This document shows, piece after piece, positions 1-9,888 of a DNA stretch of 32,252 bases. Location: the NCBI GenBank assembly GCA_964530035.1, contig CAZGXZ010000003.1, positions 1 to 32,252 of the forward strand, written 5' to 3'. The translations under genes were made by a program, and so were the position numbers. Below the pieces are notes generated by a model, which saw only the letters and a list, made by a program, of their open reading frames with translations, did no database searches and had not been told where the DNA came from. This stretch comes from an uncultured Methanoregulaceae archaeon (lineage in GTDB: Archaea > Halobacteriota > Methanomicrobia > Methanomicrobiales > Methanospirillaceae). Position 1 is the stretch's first letter, and every line of letters starts with the position of its first letter.

Positions 1-326
1 AATAAACCCGGATAACAGTTATCAGGAAATCGCCAACGGCTTGCCATGGCTATCGAATGCAGGGGGGGTTTGGGAGGCGGCAGCCCCCCGGTTCTCATCT
101 CTTTGATCCTCTGCTTGTTAAAAGCAAAAGCCAAAAAATCGACTCAATTAAATTGCAAATGAACTGAAGTTCACACCCGAACCATGAAAATTTCATTTCA
201 AATATCCTGATTATGAGGCCATTTTTTGCATTTTCATTGGAAACCCCCTGATCGGAATCGCCGCTGAATGAGCACTCTCATAGTGGGGTGAATAAAAATG
301 AAGACAGGGTGGATTTCAACGAAGCC
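1..326. repeat. Dispersed non-coding repeat, module A (MITE/REP-like), truncated by window start
   Basis: Aligns by eye to the reverse complement of 28801-29007. Shared blocks: AATAAACCC, GCCATGGCTATCG, GGCGGCAGCCCCCCGGTTCTCATC, ATCCTCTGC, TGATCGGAAT, TGAATAAAA, TTCAAC. Relative to the other copy it has extra sequence at about 10-34 and about 150-240. Confidence 0.85.
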
Positions 327-353
327 TGAAAAAGAGAAAAAAAACCCCGTGGC

Positions 354-845
354 TCACCCGTTCAACACGTAGATGCTGTAGTTGAGGAATGTTGCGAACG
401 AGACCCATAGGATATACGGGACAAGGAGGATGCCGGCAAGGAGCCGTATCCTGGTGAAGACCAGGATGCAGCCGAGGATGGCAATCCAGAGGACAAGGAT
501 ATCAGCGAGGCCGAGCAACGGGGACTGAAGCCCGAAGAAGAAGTACGACCAGAGGACATTGAGGAGGAACTGGAAGGCAAAGACCGCAATGGCCGGCTTA
601 AACCACCGGGACGCACGCCCGTCCATCAGGACCAGGTACAGGGCAATCCCCATAAGAGTAAAGAGGGTCGTCCATGCCGGGGCGAAGAGCCATCCCGGCG
701 GGGTGAACCAGGGTTTTGCGAGCGACGCATACCAGGAACCCGGCCCGGTGGTCGTGAATACGGACCCGCTGGCCCCGATTAGGTTGCAGAGGAGGATAAG
801 CCCGATGAGCCTGAGCGGAGAACGGACAAGGGTTTCGGTTTGCAT
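354..845 (-). CDS. tspO: TspO/MBR family tryptophan-rich sensory membrane protein
   Basis: WYASLAKPWFTPPGWLFAPAWTTLFTLMG, LNVLWSYFFFG and LLVPYILWVSFATFLN motifs; five hydrophobic helices. Confidence 0.95.
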   Translation of the reverse strand: MQTETLVRSPLRLIGLILLCNLIGASGSVFTTTGPGSWYASLAKPWFTPPGWLFAPAWTTLFTLMGIALYLVLMDGRASRWFKPAIAVFAFQFLLNVLWSYFFFGLQSPLLGLADILVLWIAILGCILVFTRIRLLAGILLVPYILWVSFATFLNYSIYVLNG

Positions 846-1091
846 ATATGCATAATGGCTGTTCCGTCCAAAGGAATTTTCCTCAGACGGACCGTTTTGT
901 GAAATCTTCCTGGCCCGGTTATGGTTTCTTCACCTTCAGGAGTGCATTCGGGGATGTCTGAAGAGAGGGGCCGGCCAATAATCTGATAGATACCGGGTAC
1001 TGACGAAAGGCATCGCAGGGAAGACAACGGGATGCCATTGGGAAACCTGATAAATACGTCCCGTGGTGTAGTACACTGGGAGGAGAATCCC

Positions 1092-1916
1092 ATGAAAGAC
1101 GCTATCACCGGGATACCAGACCCGGCAACACTGGTCAGGGACACCTGTGCGAGACTCGATATCCCGGTCGCAGGATTTGCACCAGCTGCACGCTGGGAGG
1201 ACCCGCAGTTTTCATCCCTTGTACCGGCCCCCTTCAGGCCGAAGTCCATCCTACCTGAAACGCAAAGTGTTATCGTCATCGGCCTGCCCGTTCACCTCCC
1301 GGTACTCGAAACCGCCCCTTCCATCTTCTACCATGAACTGTACAAGACCCTTAACAGCCTCCTGGACGAACATGCCTACCGTATCGCCGGGGTCCTCAAT
1401 ATGAACGGGTACGCGTCGACGGCCATCCCGAGGGACGGATACGGGAGTATCGGGGTAATAAAGGAGAAACCGGTCGCTTTCTTCTCGCACCGCCACGCCG
1501 CATATCTTGCCGGCCTCGGGACCTTCGGGGTGAACAACATGGTCCTCACCCCGGGGTATGGTCCCCGGATACGGTTCACCTCAATCTTCACGACAGCGCC
1601 CCTGCCGCCCTCGCCGGTGATGACGGAGTCCGTATGCATCCATTGCATGAAATGCGTCGAAGCCTGCCCGGTAAGCGCACTTGAGCCCCTGGACTATCCA
1701 GAGGGGATCACGGACAAGAAGACCTGTGCAACCCGGGCAGAACAGCTGTACCAGCGGCATGTCTCACCCTGCGGCCTCTGTATCAGGGTGTGTCCTGTGG
1801 GTGACGACAGGAAACTCTACGGACGTGAAGACACCGATATATACGACGAGGAGGACGACCGGTTCAGGTCCCTGCACTCTTCATGGGCGCATGTCCGGTC
1901 GTACGGGTCACGATAA
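1092..1916 (+). CDS. Epoxyqueuosine reductase (QueG)/reductive dehalogenase-like Fe-S protein
   Basis: FSHRHAAYLAGLGTFGVN motif, GPRIRF, CIHCMKCVEACP and CGLCIRVCP 4Fe-4S motifs. Start moved to ATG 1092, which follows AGGAGA. Confidence 0.85.
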   Translation: MKDAITGIPDPATLVRDTCARLDIPVAGFAPAARWEDPQFSSLVPAPFRPKSILPETQSVIVIGLPVHLPVLETAPSIFYHELYKTLNSLLDEHAYRIAGVLNMNGYASTAIPRDGYGSIGVIKEKPVAFFSHRHAAYLAGLGTFGVNNMVLTPGYGPRIRFTSIFTTAPLPPSPVMTESVCIHCMKCVEACPVSALEPLDYPEGITDKKTCATRAEQLYQRHVSPCGLCIRVCPVGDDRKLYGREDTDIYDEEDDRFRSLHSSWAHVRSYGSR

Positions 1917-1995
1917 GCGGGGCACGTCATACAAAAGTCCCTGGCCAGGGATATCCGTACGAATGGGAAAGCCCGTCGGGCAGCCAGCATGTCCT

Positions 1996-3045
1996 TCAGG
2001 CCTGCCCTGGCTTCCCATGGAACTTCAGGACGGTCGCTGCCCAGGTAAACCCGATCGCACTCCCGGCGAGGACGACCAGATCCCCATTGCAGATCTTTCC
2101 TTCTTCCAGTGCTTTTGCAAGACCGAACAGGGTGTCGACCGGTCCCATGTGACCGTACTCCGACATGGTGACCATAGTCTGCTCTTCAGACAGGCCGACC
2201 ATCTCGAGGATGCTCCGCGAAAGACTTCGTTTCACCTGGTTCGTGATGATGAAACAGATATCCGCGGTCGTATACCCGCTCGCTGCAAGGGCTCTCCTGA
2301 TGACCCGCCCGTACTGGTCCAGGTACGTCTCGGCAAATATCGCATCGAGCGCCTCCGGGTCTGTCACCGAGAAGTACCGGTCGGGGACTTCCGGCAGGGG
2401 GCCGTCGGGAGGGAGCCTGGTCCCGCCGAACGGCACCTTCACGTAGTCCACGAGTGAACCGTCCGTGACGCTCGCATAGGCGAGCATACTGTTCCCCGGG
2501 TGATTTTTTTTCAGGATGACCGCCGCCGCCCCGTCGGCGAACGAGAAACCGGAAACCGTTTTAAGGTTCCCGTAGTCGACCACCATCGAGAGCTTGTCGC
2601 TTGCCACCACGAGAGCGTACTGCTTCGCCGGGTCACCGAGGAGCAGTTCCCGGCAGAGGTGCAGCCCGAAATTCCCCCCGTTGCAGCCGTTCCTGACCTC
2701 GAAGGCATAGGCATTGACCGCCCCGACCGCGTCCTGGACCTTCGCCGCCGGCGACCAGAACCGGTAATCGGTGTACCCGAGGCTGCAGTAGGCGACGATA
2801 TCGATGAGGGACGGGTCTATCCCGGCGCCTGCAATGGCGTTCCGGGCCGCAGCAGTCCCCATTGCGGCAGGGTGTTCATCAGGTCCGGCGACGTGCTTCC
2901 GGATGACGCCGATCTTCTCCTCGAAGACCGGGATGGGAAGGCCGCTCCATCCAGCCATGTCCCTTGCGGTGACCGTCCCCTCCGGGATGAAGTACCCGGC
3001 CGAAAGGACACCGACTGATTCCTTTTCACCGCTGCCTGTCTCCAT
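1996..3045 (-). CDS. 3-oxoacyl-ACP synthase III (FabH/KAS III)-like thiolase-fold enzyme, atypical active site
   Basis: Catalytic-Cys loop EVRNGCNGG, FADGAAAVIL, YGHMG and GSAIGFTWAATVL. AGGAGGTG lies just upstream of ATG 3045. Confidence 0.88.
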   Translation of the reverse strand: METGSGEKESVGVLSAGYFIPEGTVTARDMAGWSGLPIPVFEEKIGVIRKHVAGPDEHPAAMGTAAARNAIAGAGIDPSLIDIVAYCSLGYTDYRFWSPAAKVQDAVGAVNAYAFEVRNGCNGGNFGLHLCRELLLGDPAKQYALVVASDKLSMVVDYGNLKTVSGFSFADGAAAVILKKNHPGNSMLAYASVTDGSLVDYVKVPFGGTRLPPDGPLPEVPDRYFSVTDPEALDAIFAETYLDQYGRVIRRALAASGYTTADICFIITNQVKRSLSRSILEMVGLSEEQTMVTMSEYGHMGPVDTLFGLAKALEEGKICNGDLVVLAGSAIGFTWAATVLKFHGKPGQA

Positions 3046-3221
3046 AACCACCTCCTGAAGGTGCTCTTCTCCTTATCTGCTGGGTTGTACGGGTGGTTAA
3101 TAATTGCCGGAACGCTGCCTTGCACCCCGTGAAGAGTGCCCGGCCGCCTGCCACTTCGTCAGGGAGGACGGTTTGAAGAGGAAAACAGGGTCTTTTATCG
3201 GAGCAGGGAGAACATGGGAGT

Positions 3222-4601
3222 ATGGACTCCTCCATCCTGCAGAGCCTCATCACCCTCTTCCAGATGATCTGCGTGATCATCATCTTCGCCTATCTCTTCA
3301 CCAGGAGCCGCTATTTCCTCGAGGTCCTTGAACACCACCCGACGCTCCTGACCCAGGTAATCCTCATCGTGGTGTTCGGCCTTCTCTCCATCTACGGGAC
3401 GATCAGCGGTGTCACCCTGTACGGGGCGGTCCTGAACGTCCGGGACCTCGGCCCCATCATCGCCGGACTCGCATGCGGCCCGTACATCGGGACAGGAGCA
3501 GGGCTCATCGGCGGGGCCTATCGCTTCTCGCAGGGCGGCCCGTACATGTATACCGGGTTCATCGCCCCCGTCATCTCAGGCCTTGTCGCCGGTATCGTAT
3601 ACCTCGCCAACAACCGGGCCTTTGTCTCCACGAAACTGGCGGTCATCTTCACCATCCTCATGGAGTCTTTCATCTCCATCATGGCGATAACCCTCGTCAC
3701 GGCCCCCTCACAGGTGGTCACCATCGCAACGGTCGTCGCCATACCGATGATCATCATCACCACCGTGGCGGCGTTCATATTCTCCACCATCATCCACAAC
3801 CTCCTGAACGAAAAAAGAGTGGAAAAAGAGAAAATGGCCCTTGAAACAGAGATCGCCAGGAAGAACGCGGAACTTGAGATCGCAGCCGACATCCAGAGGA
3901 GTTTTCTCCCTGAGACGCTGCCTGAAACACCGGGTTTCGACATAGCAGCCCGCAGCCTGCCTGCCAAGGAGGTCGGCGGGGATTTCTTCGACGTAATTCC
4001 CCTGGAGGTCATCCCCCTGTCGGGTAAGAGGACAGGAATGATGATCGCCGACGTATCAGGAAAAGGAGTCCCGGCGGCCCTGTTCATGGCACTCTCAAGG
4101 GTCATCGTCCGGGTGACCGCGACCTGGTTCCCGACGCCGGGAGCCTCCATGGCCCGGGCGAATGCCATCATTACGAGCGACTCGAAGAGGGGGATGTTTG
4201 TCACGATATTTTACGGGATCCTCGACGGGGAGGGTCACACCCTGACGTATGTCAATGCCGGGCACAACCCGCCGATGCTGTACCGGGCTGGTTCAGGAGG
4301 TATTGAGACACTGCCGGCCACCGGCATTGCGTTCGGCATCATGGACGACGCCGAGTACGGCGAGAACACTGTCAGCCTGTCACCCGGGGATGTCATCGTC
4401 CTCTACACTGACGGGGTTACCGAGGCGATCAATGAAAAGGATGAGATGTTCGAGACCGACCGCCTGAAGGAGACCATACGGGCATACCATTCCTCGCCTG
4501 CAAACACCATCGCCGACCAGGTCATCCGGGAGGTCTTTGCCTTCAGCGGGACCCAGCCCCAGTTCGATGATATCACGCTCATGGTGGTCAGGGTCGCATA
4601 A
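3222..4601 (+). CDS. Membrane PP2C/SpoIIE (RsbU-like) Ser/Thr phosphatase with 5TM-5TMR_LYT sensor domain
   Basis: N-terminal LytS-type TM region (LNVRDLGPIIAGLACGP), then AADIQRSFLP, EVGGDFFD, IADVSGKGVPAA, NAGHNPP, LYTDGVTEA and DDITL. Confidence 0.93.
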   Translation: MDSSILQSLITLFQMICVIIIFAYLFTRSRYFLEVLEHHPTLLTQVILIVVFGLLSIYGTISGVTLYGAVLNVRDLGPIIAGLACGPYIGTGAGLIGGAYRFSQGGPYMYTGFIAPVISGLVAGIVYLANNRAFVSTKLAVIFTILMESFISIMAITLVTAPSQVVTIATVVAIPMIIITTVAAFIFSTIIHNLLNEKRVEKEKMALETEIARKNAELEIAADIQRSFLPETLPETPGFDIAARSLPAKEVGGDFFDVIPLEVIPLSGKRTGMMIADVSGKGVPAALFMALSRVIVRVTATWFPTPGASMARANAIITSDSKRGMFVTIFYGILDGEGHTLTYVNAGHNPPMLYRAGSGGIETLPATGIAFGIMDDAEYGENTVSLSPGDVIVLYTDGVTEAINEKDEMFETDRLKETIRAYHSSPANTIADQVIREVFAFSGTQPQFDDITLMVVRVA

Positions 4602-4786
4602 AGGCAGGGGATGATGACCTTCACCACCCAGACACTCACTCCTCTGAAAGCCCCGGCTTCTCTTATCCAGGAGGTACGCCGGGCCTCATGCGGACCTTTC
4701 ATCCCATCATGCCGGTAGTACTACCCTGATGAGGATATTTTTATCATGACGACCCGAATCTTCAGGTACTTATCAGAGGTCATCCC

Positions 4787-5527
4787 ATGTCAGACCGAAG
4801 GACAACCATCATCATAATCGCGGTCCTCCTGACCGTCTCGTTTCTGTTGTACCTGCTCCATTACCTTGTATTTCACGACCTGCACCATATCGAGATCTAT
4901 TTCGTCGGCGACCTGGCCTTCCTTTCCATCGAAGTGCTGCTCGTAAGCCTGGTCATTGAACGGCTCATAGAACTGCGTGACAGGAAGTCACGGGAGGAGA
5001 AGCGTCACATGATCATCGGGACCTTTTTCTCGACCATGGGGACATACCTCCTCACCTACTTCTCTGACAGCGACCCGGGCATGGAAAAGATGAAGTCGGA
5101 CCTTCTCATATCCGATGCCTGGACCGACGAGGAGTTCACGAGGGTGGCGGGGGTCCTGTCCGGGTATCCCTGCTCCATCGATCTCCGCAGGATCGACCTC
5201 GCCGGCCTGAAGGCCTACCTGGTGGGCAAGGAGGAGTTCATGGTCCGCATCCTTGAGAACCCGTTTCTGGTCGAGCACGACCAGTTCTCGGAGCTGCTCC
5301 TCGCCACGTTCCACCTGACCGAGGAACTCGACCACAGGAAGGACCTGGTCAACCTCCCGGAAAACGATTACCGGCACCTCAGCGGAGATATTTGCAGGGT
5401 CTACCGCATCCTCATCAGCCAGTGGCTCGACAATGTCCGGCACCTGAAAAAGCACTACCCATACCTTTTCTCGCTCGCTTTAAGGACAAACCCGTTCGAT
5501 GAGAAGGCAAGCCCTATCATACCCTGA
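4787..5527 (+). CDS. Hypothetical membrane protein (two N-terminal TM helices, soluble helical C-terminus)
   Basis: 246-aa ORF with coding-like codon usage, GAGGT upstream of the ATG, and two hydrophobic segments. Confidence 0.8.
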   Translation: MSDRRTTIIIIAVLLTVSFLLYLLHYLVFHDLHHIEIYFVGDLAFLSIEVLLVSLVIERLIELRDRKSREEKRHMIIGTFFSTMGTYLLTYFSDSDPGMEKMKSDLLISDAWTDEEFTRVAGVLSGYPCSIDLRRIDLAGLKAYLVGKEEFMVRILENPFLVEHDQFSELLLATFHLTEELDHRKDLVNLPENDYRHLSGDICRVYRILISQWLDNVRHLKKHYPYLFSLALRTNPFDEKASPIIP

Positions 5528-5914
5528 TCCCTAACCTTTTCAGGTCGGTCTGCCTGCAGGACGCCACCTGCCCGAATAACGAATCAACAACGTGCAGAGG
5601 TATTCTGTCCTCCAAAATCAACAGCAACCGTCTCCCGGTATTTTTTCCCGCAGTCAGCAGGAAAACCTGGTGCTTCCCTCCATCCACGGGTATGACCGCA
5701 CCACCACACGGAAGAGAGCGCCCCTGAAGATGGTGGTGCGTATCAATTCAACACATATTTAAGAAGGTGAATGGTTCATTGTAGTATTGTCGAACTACCT
5801 TATAGCTATGCGGTTAGGGCAACCGGGAAAGGTCACTTGTTAGGGACTGCTTGCAGGGGATCCTGCGTGAAAGGCAACAAGATGTAAACAAAGGTGTTGA
5901 ACGGAGATTCTTTC

Positions 5915-8635
5915 ATGGTGGAGACTATTCGGGTCTTGATTATTGAAGACAGCGAGGACGATGCGAACCTCATTGTCTACGAGATGGAGAAGGAGAAAAG
6001 TATAACGACCCACAGGCGGGTCGAAAACCTGCGGGCACTCGAGGATGCCCTGCAGAAGGACACCTGGGACATCATCATATGCGACTATTCTGTCCCAGGG
6101 TTCGGTGCCATCCCGGCACTTGAATACCTCAATGAAAACGGGATAGATATTCCTGTCATCGTCGTCTCGGGGGTTGTCGGCGAGGACGTGGCGGTCAACG
6201 TGATGAAAGCCGGTGCCAAGGACTTCATTGTCAAGGGGAACTATTCCCGCCTCCTCCCGGCAATAAAGAGAGAGATCCAGGAGCACCGGGAGATGACCGC
6301 CAGAAACGAGGAGGTCAGCCGCCAGACCCACGAGGTCGAAAAACAGCGGCAGCTTGCCCTTACCATGGTCATGCAGAACCCGCAGCCGCTCCTTATCATG
6401 ACCAAGAAGCTCAAGATCAAGCTGGCAAACGATGCTTTCCCGATGATGAGCGGGTACACCAAGGCCCAGCTCGAGGCTATGAGTGCACACGACTTCAAGA
6501 TCCTCGAAAAGAGCGGCCACGGCATCAAGGAGGCGCTCGAGACAAAGCAGGGCGTGACCGGGGATGTCGTCGTCCAGTTCCCTTCAGGGATCCATTATCT
6601 TGAACAGCACACGATCCCGCTCCTTGATTCGAGCGGGGAGATCGTAAGCCTCATGGCCGTGTACAACGACAACACGGAAAAGCGTAAGAAGGATGCCGCC
6701 GCCCGGGAACTCGCCGAGTATACGACCCGGTACCTCCAGACACTCGGAAAGAACCTCGACCTTCTCGCCCATGGGGATTTCGCCCTGGAACTCACGCTTG
6801 AAGATGCTTCGGCTGATACGAGGGAGGCACGGGACGAGTTCCAGGTCACCAACAACAGCCTGAGCGAGGTAAAAACCGCTCTCGAACGGCTCATCGAGGA
6901 CACAAACAACCTCTCAAAAGCGGCAGTTGAAGGAAGACTCGCCACCCGGGCTGATGTCTCTAAACATAACGGTGGATACAGGAAGATCGTCGAAGGAGTG
7001 AATATAACCCTTGACTCTGTCATCAGTCCCCTGAAAGTGGCCGCTGATTATATCGATCAGATCTCAAAGGGCACCATTCCTCCGAAGATCACTGATACCT
7101 ACAACGGGGACTTCAATATCCTCAAAACGAACCTCAATAACTGTATCGATGGACTAAAAGGGCTTGTTGAAGCAAATGAAACCCTTGCAAGGATGGCAGT
7201 CAATGACCACACCCGGGGTGTTGAAGGGAACTACCAGGGGATATTTGCCGAAGTCAAGACCCATGTGAACCTTGTCCGGGAACGGGTCAACCATATCGCC
7301 GATTCTGTTGAAAGGATTGGAAACGGGGATGTGGGAGAGTTTGATGCCTACAAGAAAATAGGGAGACGCTCGGAGAATGACCGGCTCGTCCCTGGTTTCA
7401 TCCGGACGCTCGGCGCCCTTAATCTTCTCGTCGAGGACGCCAACATGCTTGCAAAGGCAGCCGATGAGGGCAATCTCAAGAAACGGGCAGATGCATCCAG
7501 GCACAGCGGAGAATACAGGAAGATCATCGATGGTGTGAACCGGACCCTTGACTCGGTCATGGCGCCGGTGAATGAAGCCCTCAGAGTGTCCAAGGAGTTT
7601 GCGAATACGAACTTCTCTGCAAGGGTGGATCCCTCTCTCGCCGTAGCCGGCGACTGGATTGTCTTCAAGGAGGCGCTGAATAATATCGGTATCTCCGTTT
7701 CAGCCGCGGTCAACCATATCAACCGCCAGGTGATCGACCTTGCTTCGTCCGCCGAGGAGGCAAACGCCTCAATCGAGGAGGTTGCCTCCGGGTCGGCACA
7801 GGTCGCGAAGAATGCCGCCGGTGTCAGCACCAATGCCGAGCGGGGCGACGAAGGCGCCAAACAGGTCCTCAAGGCCATGGAGGACCTCTCCTCGACGGTC
7901 CAGGACGTCGCGACCAAGACGGAGTCGGTCTCGAGGCTTGCGGTCGATGCCAACAGCCTCTCGAAGAAGGGAGCTGAACTGGCACGGCAGGCAGACGCCG
8001 GCATGGCGGGCATCACTCAGAACGCCGCCGATGTCGAGAACATCGTGAACGAGATCAATGCCGAGATGAACCGGATCGGAAAGATCGTCGGTCTCATCAC
8101 CGACCTTGCCAACCAGACCAACCTCCTTGCACTGAACGCTGCGATCGAGGCGGCACGGGCAGGGGATGCCGGAAGAGGCTTTGCCGTCGTGGCGACCGAG
8201 GTCAAGTCCCTCGCCCAGGAGTCGCGGGCTTCGGCAGAGAACATCGCGGAGATGATCGGGACCCTCGAGCAAAAGACCCGGGCTGCCGCCGGTGCAGCTG
8301 CAGAAGCCGGCAAAACGGTCAAGGAAGGAAGTGCCACCCTTACCGAGACCCTCGATGCCTTCAACATGATCGTGAAGTCCATCGAGGAGATCACCAGGAA
8401 CATCGAGGATGTCGCCAGCTCTGCAGAGGAACAGGCTGCCTCGGTCGAGGAAATCACGGCAAGCGTCCACGAGATGACAGGAGCCATCCAGGGTACGGCA
8501 CGGGAAGCGGTCGATGCTGCAGCGGCGAGCGAGGAGTCATCGGCAGCAATAGACCAGATAAGCAAGATCATCGGGAACGTGAACGTCATCGTGGACAGCG
8601 TGTCCAAGGAGATGTCAAAGTTCAAGGTCTCCTAG
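5915..8635 (+). CDS. Soluble methyl-accepting chemotaxis protein with REC-PAS-(HAMP-like)n-MA architecture
   Basis: REC motifs ([26 protein letters not shown]), a PAS domain (NPQPLLIM...), repeated HAMP-like units, and signalling tip [36 protein letters not shown]. No TM helix. Start 5915 preferred over 5894. Confidence 0.93.
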   Translation: MVETIRVLIIEDSEDDANLIVYEMEKEKSITTHRRVENLRALEDALQKDTWDIIICDYSVPGFGAIPALEYLNENGIDIPVIVVSGVVGEDVAVNVMKAGAKDFIVKGNYSRLLPAIKREIQEHREMTARNEEVSRQTHEVEKQRQLALTMVMQNPQPLLIMTKKLKIKLANDAFPMMSGYTKAQLEAMSAHDFKILEKSGHGIKEALETKQGVTGDVVVQFPSGIHYLEQHTIPLLDSSGEIVSLMAVYNDNTEKRKKDAAARELAEYTTRYLQTLGKNLDLLAHGDFALELTLEDASADTREARDEFQVTNNSLSEVKTALERLIEDTNNLSKAAVEGRLATRADVSKHNGGYRKIVEGVNITLDSVISPLKVAADYIDQISKGTIPPKITDTYNGDFNILKTNLNNCIDGLKGLVEANETLARMAVNDHTRGVEGNYQGIFAEVKTHVNLVRERVNHIADSVERIGNGDVGEFDAYKKIGRRSENDRLVPGFIRTLGALNLLVEDANMLAKAADEGNLKKRADASRHSGEYRKIIDGVNRTLDSVMAPVNEALRVSKEFANTNFSARVDPSLAVAGDWIVFKEALNNIGISVSAAVNHINRQVIDLASSAEEANASIEEVASGSAQVAKNAAGVSTNAERGDEGAKQVLKAMEDLSSTVQDVATKTESVSRLAVDANSLSKKGAELARQADAGMAGITQNAADVENIVNEINAEMNRIGKIVGLITDLANQTNLLALNAAIEAARAGDAGRGFAVVATEVKSLAQESRASAENIAEMIGTLEQKTRAAAGAAAEAGKTVKEGSATLTETLDAFNMIVKSIEEITRNIEDVASSAEEQAASVEEITASVHEMTGAIQGTAREAVDAAAASEESSAAIDQISKIIGNVNVIVDSVSKEMSKFKVS

Positions 8636-8755
8636 GTCTGTCCCTTTCAATAAGCGTCCTGAAATACAGGAATGCTTATCTGTAACTCTATTTTATGATC
8701 TTTTCCCGGACCATTCGGATTTTTTTTTCAGGAGGAATGGTGCACGGATTGTCTT

Positions 8756-9184
8756 TCATGGTTTTACAAGGACTGGCTCATGTTTGACCATGATCTCTCC
8801 TGCCATTGCGTTGTCATATAAGAGCCGTATCAACCGCTGCAGCTCAGCAAACTGCTGCCGGGGCTCTCCTCCTCCCTTCAGGAGACAGTAGTCCGCACCG
8901 GCACCGAATGCTCTGGCTATGATCTCATCGCGGTCATTTCCGGTGAAAAGAATGACCGGCGTGCCATTCCCGCCTGCCTTGATCTCAACCAGCAGGTCTA
9001 TTCCGTTTTTCCCTGGCATTTCGTAATCAATCACCAGTACATCGAAATGCTGCTGTCTCAACAGGACTGCCACATCGAAAGGCACGGTACAGCCTGTGAG
9101 GACGATCTCCTGGGACATTTCAAGAAAGAACCTTGTAATCTCGATAAGGTCCGCATCATCCTCAACATAGAGTACAGAGATCAT
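8756..9184 (-). CDS. Single-domain response regulator receiver protein
   Basis: VLYVEDD, DVLVIDYEMPGKNG, VILFTG, GADYCLLKG. GGAGGTG upstream supports the start at 9184 rather than 9304. Confidence 0.88.
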   Translation of the reverse strand: MISVLYVEDDADLIEITRFFLEMSQEIVLTGCTVPFDVAVLLRQQHFDVLVIDYEMPGKNGIDLLVEIKAGGNGTPVILFTGNDRDEIIARAFGAGADYCLLKGGGEPRQQFAELQRLIRLLYDNAMAGEIMVKHEPVLVKP

Positions 9185-9311
9185 TTCATGGAACACCTCC
9201 CTGTTCTTTTCCTGGTGAAGCCCCTGCCTGACCTTTTCCAGGGCATCCGGAAAGAAACGAAGATGGTACGCATCCCCGCTCCTGCCCCGGCGGAGCCTCA
9301 CCAATACATGG

Positions 9312-9878
9312 TTACGTGGCCCCGGCCTTCAGGCCTACTGTACCGCTGTTCATCCCTTTTCCGGCGAGACCCATCGAATCCAGGATGGCCCGTATGTCGA
9401 GCCAGATGATGAGATTCGTCTTGTCATGTTCCTTCACCCGGTTTTTCCGCCGGATTATCCCCGCAATATGGCTCCCCTTTCCATCATTCAGTCTCCTTGT
9501 TGTATCAACGATGTCTTTTAAGTAGGTGGATACCGAAAGGACCTCGTCTACCAGAAGACCCGTTTTTGACCTGCTGATAGCTTCATCGAGGACAATGATG
9601 CGGGACGTCCTGTTACCGGCCCCGTGTTGGGTGGAACCGATGGGCAGTCTCAATGTTTCCTTCATGTCGACGATGGTGGTAATCTCTCCTCGGAGGTCAA
9701 TCACACCCCGGATATGGGTGGGATAATCAGGGAGAGCGGTGATTTGGGTTGAATCCACCACTTCCCTGACATCAAAGAGATTGATCGCATAATGGTCATT
9801 GCCCATGAGAAACTCCACGACCTGGATAGTCTCCCCGGCAGGACCTGCGGAATTGACCAGTTCTTCAGTTAACGCCAT
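9312..9878 (-). CDS. cheW: Chemotaxis coupling protein CheW
   Basis: QVVEFLMG..YAI..VREV, IRGVIDLRGEITTIVD and GLLVDEVLSV; starts 10 bp downstream of a chemoreceptor gene. Confidence 0.93.
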   Translation of the reverse strand: MALTEELVNSAGPAGETIQVVEFLMGNDHYAINLFDVREVVDSTQITALPDYPTHIRGVIDLRGEITTIVDMKETLRLPIGSTQHGAGNRTSRIIVLDEAISRSKTGLLVDEVLSVSTYLKDIVDTTRRLNDGKGSHIAGIIRRKNRVKEHDKTNLIIWLDIRAILDSMGLAGKGMNSGTVGLKAGAT

Positions 9879-9888
9879 ATGCTGCCCT

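Noticed and set aside
1092..1916. Assigning the symbol queG or rdhA
   Set aside because: Only family-level motifs are seen; there is no Tat signal, rdhB anchor or queuosine gene context.
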